This document shows, in pieces, positions 9,159-14,686 of a stretch of DNA of 32,000 nucleotides (within the stretch, counting starts at the first letter, position 1; each line of letters begins with the position of its first letter). The position numbers were made by a program, and so were the translations under genes. The notes beneath the pieces were generated by a model. That model was given only the letters and a program-made list of their open reading frames with translations. It ran no database searches and was not told the DNA's origin. The stretch comes from Gammaproteobacteria bacterium Psp_hYS2021 (GTDB lineage Bacteria > Pseudomonadota > Gammaproteobacteria > G963455285): positions 1,054,613 through 1,086,612 of the forward strand of contig OY734021.1 in assembly GCA_963455285.1 (NCBI GenBank). The letters are read 5' to 3'.

Positions 9159-10727
9159 ATGCAAAAAAAAGAGAAAAAACTTTTACCCTTAGGAATTCAA
9201 ACCTTTGCAAAAATTCGTGATTCTAAAATGAATTATGCCTACGTTGATAAAACAGCAATGGCGTATGAAATGATACGAAAAGGAGGCTTTTGTTTTTTAT
9301 CTCGTCCGAGGCGTTTTGGTAAAAGTTTGTTTTTGGATACTTTGGCTGAAATATTCAAGGGCTCTAAAAAGATGTTTGAAGGGCTGTATATCTATGACAA
9401 ATGGGATTGGGAAACTAAATATCCGGTGCTAAAAATTAGTCTTGGTGGTGGTGGAGTTTATAAAAAAGAAAAACTAGATGGAAAATTACGAGATATTGTT
9501 TATTGGAATTCAAAATATCTGGAAATCGATCCAGAGATAAATGATCAGGAACCTCACCGCTTATTGAGTAATTTGATCCAATTAGCCCATAAAAAATACA
9601 ATCAACAAGTTGTAATTCTTGTTGATGAATACGACAAGCCTCTTTTGGATAATATTGGTAACGATGAACATATTGAAGAAATCAGAAGAACTATGCGCTC
9701 CTTTTATGCAGAGATTAAAAATAACGATGCATACATTCGTTTTGGCTTCATTACCGGAATAACTAAGTTTTCTCAGATGAGCTTTTTTAGTGATTTGAAT
9801 AATCTTACCGATATTAGTTTAGACCCTAGATATTCTACAATTACCGGCTACACTCAAAATGATTTGGAAGAAGTCTTCTCCGAATTTCTGGACGGTGTTG
9901 ACTTAGAGGAAGTGAGAAAATGGTACAATGGCTATATTTTTCTTGGTGAACCACTTTATAACCCCTATGATATTCTTAACTTTTTTGACAAACAAAACGT
10001 TTTTAAGAACTACTGGTGGCAAACCGGACAGCAAAGTTTTTTGACAAAAATGATGAAAGGAAAAAATTATCATTTACCAAACTTAGAGAACATTACCGTG
10101 GGGGAAGAAATACTGGAAAAGTTTAATATCGAAGATATAAATATAGTAGCACTATTGTGGCAAAGTGGGTATTTGACCTTTGATACAGTGGAACAAGATC
10201 CTTTTACAAAGACATTTTCATATAAATTGAGAGTACCTAATTTGGAAGTGCAGGCGTCGTTGAATTTACTGTTTTCCGCTTATTTGACCGATAAAGTTAC
10301 TGAAGATATAGTAGCCCGCAACGATATAGTAAAATCGCTTTATAATAATAATTTTGAGAAAGTAGAAGCATTGCTAAGGACTTTGTTTTCAAGCATTCCA
10401 TACGATAATCATGTAGGTAATACAATGTCGAATTATGAAGGATATTATGCCTCAGTAATTTACGCTTATTTAGCAGCTCTAGGTGTACCTTTGCTCTCTG
10501 AAGATCATTCAAACTTAGGACGGGCAGATATGACAATGTTTTTTCCTAACTCTATAATCATAATAGAGTTTAAGGTAGATAAGAATGAAGATGCGATAGA
10601 ACAAATAAGACACAAAAAATACTATGAGAAATACTTATCTGACAGTCGAGAAATATATTTAGTCGGTATAAAGTTTAGTAGCGAAGAAAAAAATATTACT
10701 AGCTTTGTTTATGAGAAACATGAATAA
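9159..10727 (+). CDS. Predicted AAA-ATPase fused to a PD-(D/E)XK nuclease domain (DUF1703-like; expected Pfam AAA-ATPase_like plus PDDEXK_9), copy 1
   Basis: P-loop-like FLSRPRRFGKSLFLDTL near the N-terminus and Walker-B-like QQVVILVDEYDKPL. C-terminal nuclease signature GRADMTMFFPNSIIIIEFKVDK (D...ExK). The ATG at 9159 (MQKKEKKLLPLGIQTF) is preferred over the track's TTG at 9141 because copy 2 has the same ATG context. Family assignment is from memory of the motif layout, not a search. Confidence 0.75.
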   Translation: MQKKEKKLLPLGIQTFAKIRDSKMNYAYVDKTAMAYEMIRKGGFCFLSRPRRFGKSLFLDTLAEIFKGSKKMFEGLYIYDKWDWETKYPVLKISLGGGGVYKKEKLDGKLRDIVYWNSKYLEIDPEINDQEPHRLLSNLIQLAHKKYNQQVVILVDEYDKPLLDNIGNDEHIEEIRRTMRSFYAEIKNNDAYIRFGFITGITKFSQMSFFSDLNNLTDISLDPRYSTITGYTQNDLEEVFSEFLDGVDLEEVRKWYNGYIFLGEPLYNPYDILNFFDKQNVFKNYWWQTGQQSFLTKMMKGKNYHLPNLENITVGEEILEKFNIEDINIVALLWQSGYLTFDTVEQDPFTKTFSYKLRVPNLEVQASLNLLFSAYLTDKVTEDIVARNDIVKSLYNNNFEKVEALLRTLFSSIPYDNHVGNTMSNYEGYYASVIYAYLAALGVPLLSEDHSNLGRADMTMFFPNSIIIIEFKVDKNEDAIEQIRHKKYYEKYLSDSREIYLVGIKFSSEEKNITSFVYEKHE

Positions 10728-10740
10728 TGGGCAAGAAAAC

Positions 10741-12312
10741 ATGCAAAAAAAAGAAAAAAAACTTTTACCCTTAGGAATTCAAACCTTTGCAGATATACGC
10801 GATCCTAAAAGAAACTATGCCTACGTTGATAAAACAGCAATGGCATATCAAATGATATCCGGAGGTACTAAATATTGTTTTTTATCTCGTCCGAGACGTT
10901 TTGGGAAAAGTTTGTTTTTGGATACTTTGGCTGAAATATTCAAGGGCTCTAAAAAGATGTTTGAAGGGCTTTATATCTATGACAAATGGGATTGGAATAC
11001 TAAATATCCAGTGCTAAAAATTAGTCTTGGTGGAGGTGGAGTTTATAAAAAAGAAGAACTAGATGGAAAATTACGGGATATTGTTTATTGGAATTCAAAA
11101 TATCTGGAAATCGATCCAGAGATAAATGATCAGGAACCTCACCGCTTATTGAGCAATTTGATTCAATTAGCCCATAAAAAATACAATCAGCAGGTTGTGA
11201 TTCTTGTTGATGAATACGACAAACCTCTTTTGGATAATATTGGCAATGATGAACATATTGAAGAAATCAGAAGAACTATGCGCTCCTTTTATGCAGAGAT
11301 TAAAAATAACGATGCATACATTCGCTTTGGCTTCATTACCGGAATAACTAAGTTTTCTCAGATGAGCTTTTTTAGTGACTTAAATAATCTTACTGATATT
11401 AGTTTAGATCCAAGATATTCTACAATTACAGGCTACACTCAAAATGACTTGGAAGAAGTATTCGCCGAGTTTTTGGATGGGGTTGACTTAGAAGAGGTGA
11501 GAAAATGGTACAATGGCTATAATTTTCTTGGTGAACCACTTTATAACCCCTACGATATTCTCAATTTCTTTGACAAGCAAAACGTTTTTAAGAATTACTG
11601 GTGGCAAACCGGACAGCAAAGTTTTTTGACAAAAATGATGAAAGGAAAAAATTATCATCTACCAAACTTAGAGAACATTACCGTGGGGGAAGAAATACTG
11701 GAAAAGTTTAATATCGAAGATATAAATATAGTAGCACTATTGTGGCAAAGTGGATACTTGACCTTTGATACAGTGGAACAAGATCCTTTTACAAAGACAT
11801 TTTCGTATAAATTGAGAGTACCTAATTTGGAAGTGCAGGCATCGTTGAATCTGCTTTTTGCCACTTATTTGACCGATAAAGCCACAGAGGATATAGTAGC
11901 CCGCAACGATATGGTGAAATCGCTTTATAACAATAATTTTGAGAAGGTGGAAGAATTGCTAAGGACTTTGTTTGCAAGTATTCCGTACGATAATCATGTT
12001 GGTAATACAATGTCGAATTATGAAGGGTATTATGCTTCAGTAATTTATGCTTATTTAGCAGCTCTAGGTGTACCTTTGCTCTCTGAAGATCATTCAAACT
12101 TAGGACGGGCAGATATGACAATGTTTTTTCCTAACTCTATAACCATAATAGAATTTAAGGTTGATAAGAATGAAAACCCGATAGAACAAATAAAGCGAAA
12201 AAAATACTATGAAAAATACTTATCTGATGGTCGGGAAATATATTTAGTTGGAATCAAATTCAGTAGCGAAGAAAGAAATATTACTAGCTTTGTTTATGAA
12301 AAATATGAATAA
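10741..12312 (+). CDS. Predicted AAA-ATPase fused to a PD-(D/E)XK nuclease domain, copy 2 (paralogue of 9159..10727)
   Basis: Same motifs as copy 1: FLSRPRRFGKS, VILVDEYDKPL, GRADMTMFFPNSITIIEFKVDK. The reading frame is intact. Hand alignment shows about 25 substitutions plus one extra codon relative to copy 1. The ATG at 10741 lies 13 nt after the copy-1 stop. Confidence 0.75.
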   Translation: MQKKEKKLLPLGIQTFADIRDPKRNYAYVDKTAMAYQMISGGTKYCFLSRPRRFGKSLFLDTLAEIFKGSKKMFEGLYIYDKWDWNTKYPVLKISLGGGGVYKKEELDGKLRDIVYWNSKYLEIDPEINDQEPHRLLSNLIQLAHKKYNQQVVILVDEYDKPLLDNIGNDEHIEEIRRTMRSFYAEIKNNDAYIRFGFITGITKFSQMSFFSDLNNLTDISLDPRYSTITGYTQNDLEEVFAEFLDGVDLEEVRKWYNGYNFLGEPLYNPYDILNFFDKQNVFKNYWWQTGQQSFLTKMMKGKNYHLPNLENITVGEEILEKFNIEDINIVALLWQSGYLTFDTVEQDPFTKTFSYKLRVPNLEVQASLNLLFATYLTDKATEDIVARNDMVKSLYNNNFEKVEELLRTLFASIPYDNHVGNTMSNYEGYYASVIYAYLAALGVPLLSEDHSNLGRADMTMFFPNSITIIEFKVDKNENPIEQIKRKKYYEKYLSDGREIYLVGIKFSSEERNITSFVYEKYE

Positions 12313-12326
12313 TGGAAAAAGGAAAT

Positions 12327-12565
12327 ATGAAGCTAGCAATAATGCAACCTTACTTTTTCCCGTATATAGGGTACTTTCAATTGATTAATGAAGTAGAGAA
12401 GTCGGATAGAGAGAATATATTTCCACAAAGGTATTTTTATATATCTCTTAATAATTTGATTATCATAAATGTTCTGTTTCAGAAAATATTTCGAAGTGTG
12501 TTTTGTGGATTCCTTTTTATGTGGAACTGGAAGAAGGTATTGTGGAAAAATTATTTGAGTCATAA
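12327..12565 (+). pseudogene. Chimeric gene remnant: 5' stub of a WbqC-family gene fused to a frameshifted 3' remnant of a DegT-type aminotransferase
   Basis: MKLAIMQPYFFPYIGYFQLINEVEK (12327 to about 12401) is the characteristic WbqC-family N-terminus and then stops matching. From 12409, ENIFPQRYFYISLNNL parallels ENIFPRRYFYPSLNKL of the intact aminotransferase (8964 onward). After a +1 shift, DYHKCSVSENISKCVLWIPFYVELEEGIVEKLFES* parallels NYQRCVISEDISRRILCLPFYVGLSNNIINMIAEIIKR*. The remnant's stop at 12563-12565 sits 9 nt before the formyltransferase ATG. Confidence 0.75.
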
Positions 12566-12574
12566 AAAAGAATT

Positions 12575-13300
12575 ATGGAAATATTAGTTTTAACAGATAA
12601 TGAATTTCTTTACGATGGATTTTTGAAAATAATAGGCGGTGAGATGTATTCTGGCTATAGCTTTACATTTCGTTATTCTCCTGGAAACCTGGAGTTTGAG
12701 AAAAAGTACAACAAAGACCATTTTAAAGCATTGGACGTTAAGACAGTGTTAGAATCAAAAATAGATTATGCTGTTATAATATCTCTTCATTCGAAGCAAA
12801 TTTTCCCAAATGATTTAATTAATAATATAACTTGTATAAATGTCCACCCGGGTTTTAACCCCTATAATAGAGGATGGTATCCTCATATTTACAGTATTAT
12901 TAACGGAAAACCTGCAGGTATTACAATACATTTAATAGATGAAAAAATTGATCATGGGCGAATAATATATCAAGAAGAACTTGAAATATACAACACTGAT
13001 ACATCTTATACTATCTATGAAAGAATAATTAATAAAGAACTGCTAATTTTAGAAGATAAGCTTATGGATTTAATTATAGGAAAATATAGAACAAAACCTA
13101 TGAATTCTAAAGGGAATATAAACTATAAAAAAGACTTTAATGCAATATGTAAACTAGATTTAAATGAAAAACTCACTATGAGAGAAGCTATTAACAAATT
13201 AAGAGCATTAACCCATTTGGATCACAAAAATGCTTTTTTTGTAGATGAAAAAACTAAAGAAAAAATATATGTTTCTATTCAATTAGAAAAAGATGAATGA
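12575..13300 (+). CDS. dTDP-4-amino-4,6-dideoxyhexose N-formyltransferase (WbtJ/VioF-like, N10-formyl-THF dependent)
   Basis: 241 aa. Formyltransferase core SLHSKQIFP...INVHPGFNPYNRGWYPHIYSIINGKPAGITIHLIDEKIDHGRIIYQ carries the catalytic N/H/D-type pattern (NVHPG ... DHG). Size and layout match the small sugar N-formyltransferases. Confidence 0.8.
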   Translation: MEILVLTDNEFLYDGFLKIIGGEMYSGYSFTFRYSPGNLEFEKKYNKDHFKALDVKTVLESKIDYAVIISLHSKQIFPNDLINNITCINVHPGFNPYNRGWYPHIYSIINGKPAGITIHLIDEKIDHGRIIYQEELEIYNTDTSYTIYERIINKELLILEDKLMDLIIGKYRTKPMNSKGNINYKKDFNAICKLDLNEKLTMREAINKLRALTHLDHKNAFFVDEKTKEKIYVSIQLEKDE

Positions 13301-13340
13301 TTTAAATTATGAAAAGATAATTAAAATATTAAATCTATTT

Positions 13341-14504
13341 CTACTTGCTATTTAAGTTATTTAAAGCAACATTTATTAATTTTTTTGTTTTATCATCTAT
13401 AGAGACTCTACTATAGATAGCATCAATGAGCAGTTTGTTCACTTCAGCTTGCTTTATAGTTAATAGTGAACCCCAGTTTGGTCTTTTTAGATCATCCAGT
13501 TCGAATATAAAAAAACCTTTTTCTTTTAAAAAATGATAGATAGGATTACTCTTATCTAAAAATACCTTTGCTCCCGAATAAAGAAGCATAAGTATATTAC
13601 CAAGTCCTTGTTGTCTTTTATGAGGCATAATCCCATATGAGCACGATGCAATGATTTTCACATAGTCATCAAAAGAGAGAAAGTCATCTAAAAAAACTAT
13701 TTCCCCACTGAAGTTTGTCTTTGCATATTCCTTAACTATATTAGTATAAGCTTTCTCACCATAATTTAATGGAATAATAAGCTTTGACTTAGCGGTATCT
13801 ATATCCTTTAAATAATCAATACCTTTAATATGATTACATGTAAATGTAGCACTATTTCCCAAAAGAATATTTTTCTTATTAGGAAAAGTATTGGTATTAA
13901 ATGCTTTTCCCCAGTGATCCTCTACAGTTCCATAGTTCCAGTCCATTAGTTTAGGTTTTATATTTGCAGGCCATTTTATCATGTTATATTCTGTCATAAT
14001 AACTGGACAAAAATAATCAATTTGCTTAATAAATTTATTTCTAATGCTGATTTGGTATTTTTCCCAAAAAATTAGTTTTTTGATGAGTTTTTTTATAGTT
14101 CTGATAATTTTTATGATAAAAGAATGGTTATAATAATTGAGGCCTTTAAAAACCTTCAAAGTTTTCTTACATAACAATTTTTCATATGGGAAAATCATAT
14201 CATAATAATCATATCCCCAGCCAAGCCAGATTGTTTTTACGCGTTTAGGGATTGTAATATTGTGAGTACAAAGAGAATGTAGTACTAATATATCTATATC
14301 CTTCCAAAATAACTTATCTTTAGATTTTTTATTTACATCCATATTAGACAGAATAAGTTTATTTTGAACTTTTACATGAATTAGAACTTTATCATCAGAT
14401 ATAATAATCAGTTTATTACTACCGGGTACTACTCTCTCGAATGATTTAATCCCCATGTCTATAAACTTCTCGTCAGGTGCAATATGTAAAATCCCTAATC
14501 TCAT
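13341..14504 (-). CDS. WecF-like (GT56 family) 4-amino-4,6-dideoxyhexose transferase
   Basis: 387 aa. The blocks LLGNSATFTCNHIKGIDYL...LIIPLNYG and GIMPHKRQQGLGNILMLLYSGAKVFLDKSNPIYHFL resemble E. coli WecF (LVGNSGDRSNEHIAAL...[40 protein letters not shown]). The comparison is from recalled sequence, so confidence is moderate. Confidence 0.6.
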   Translation of the reverse strand: MRLGILHIAPDEKFIDMGIKSFERVVPGSNKLIIISDDKVLIHVKVQNKLILSNMDVNKKSKDKLFWKDIDILVLHSLCTHNITIPKRVKTIWLGWGYDYYDMIFPYEKLLCKKTLKVFKGLNYYNHSFIIKIIRTIKKLIKKLIFWEKYQISIRNKFIKQIDYFCPVIMTEYNMIKWPANIKPKLMDWNYGTVEDHWGKAFNTNTFPNKKNILLGNSATFTCNHIKGIDYLKDIDTAKSKLIIPLNYGEKAYTNIVKEYAKTNFSGEIVFLDDFLSFDDYVKIIASCSYGIMPHKRQQGLGNILMLLYSGAKVFLDKSNPIYHFLKEKGFFIFELDDLKRPNWGSLLTIKQAEVNKLLIDAIYSRVSIDDKTKKLINVALNNLNSK

Positions 14505-14686
14505 AAAATGGTATTTGGTAAATAAGCATTAGATAATGTAAAATCACAATATTATTATAAAATAATTTATCCTAATAATAGTTACATTATTATAGAATTT
14601 CCTATCGTTTTTATTATGTTTTGATAGAGGATGTAAATTTTTTATATCTAATACTTACGAGTTATATGTTATTTCTGGATTAAACA

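Larger units (their letters stand above)
9148..12315 (+). repeat. Tandem direct duplication, two units of about 1582 and 1585 bp, each carrying one AAA-ATPase/PD-(D/E)XK gene
   Basis: Unit 1 starts at ggcaagaaaacatgcaaaaaaaag (9148) and unit 2 at the same string (10730). Both units end in gaataatgg (10729 and 12315). The ATG-to-ATG distance is 10741-9159 = 1582 nt. The units align end to end with scattered point differences and one 3-nt indel. Confidence 0.95.

Noticed and set aside
10297-12121. Antisense ORFs within both AAA/nuclease paralogues (10297-10536, 11655-11864, 11822-12121), two of which start with an identical MSYLPVLSLNDLQRAKVHLELLNK
   Set aside because: The apparent conservation only reflects the tandem duplication of the sense gene. 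The two antisense ORFs have different lengths and accumulate replacement changes where the sense strand has silent ones. That is the opposite of what a real antisense gene would show.
12312-12587. 91-aa + ORF and the 76-aa antisense ORF (12333-12563) called in the track
   Set aside because: The + ORF is not a genuine gene. It reads through the wbqC stub and an out-of-frame aminotransferase remnant, and I have annotated it as a pseudogene scar. The antisense ORF is a shadow.
9100-12600. Search for transposase, integrase, inverted terminal repeats or target-site duplications flanking the AAA/nuclease insertion
   Set aside because: I found no recombinase ORF and no terminal inverted repeats. 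The only repeated junction strings (ggcaagaaaac, gaataatgg) are explained by the tandem duplication itself, so I do not call a mobile element.
2750-13300. Functional link between fhs (which makes N10-formyl-THF) and the sugar N-formyltransferase 8 kb downstream
   Set aside because: The link is chemically plausible as a cofactor supply. But fhs is a core one-carbon gene separated from the formyltransferase by leuDB, so proximity is most simply coincidence. It cannot be tested from sequence alone.
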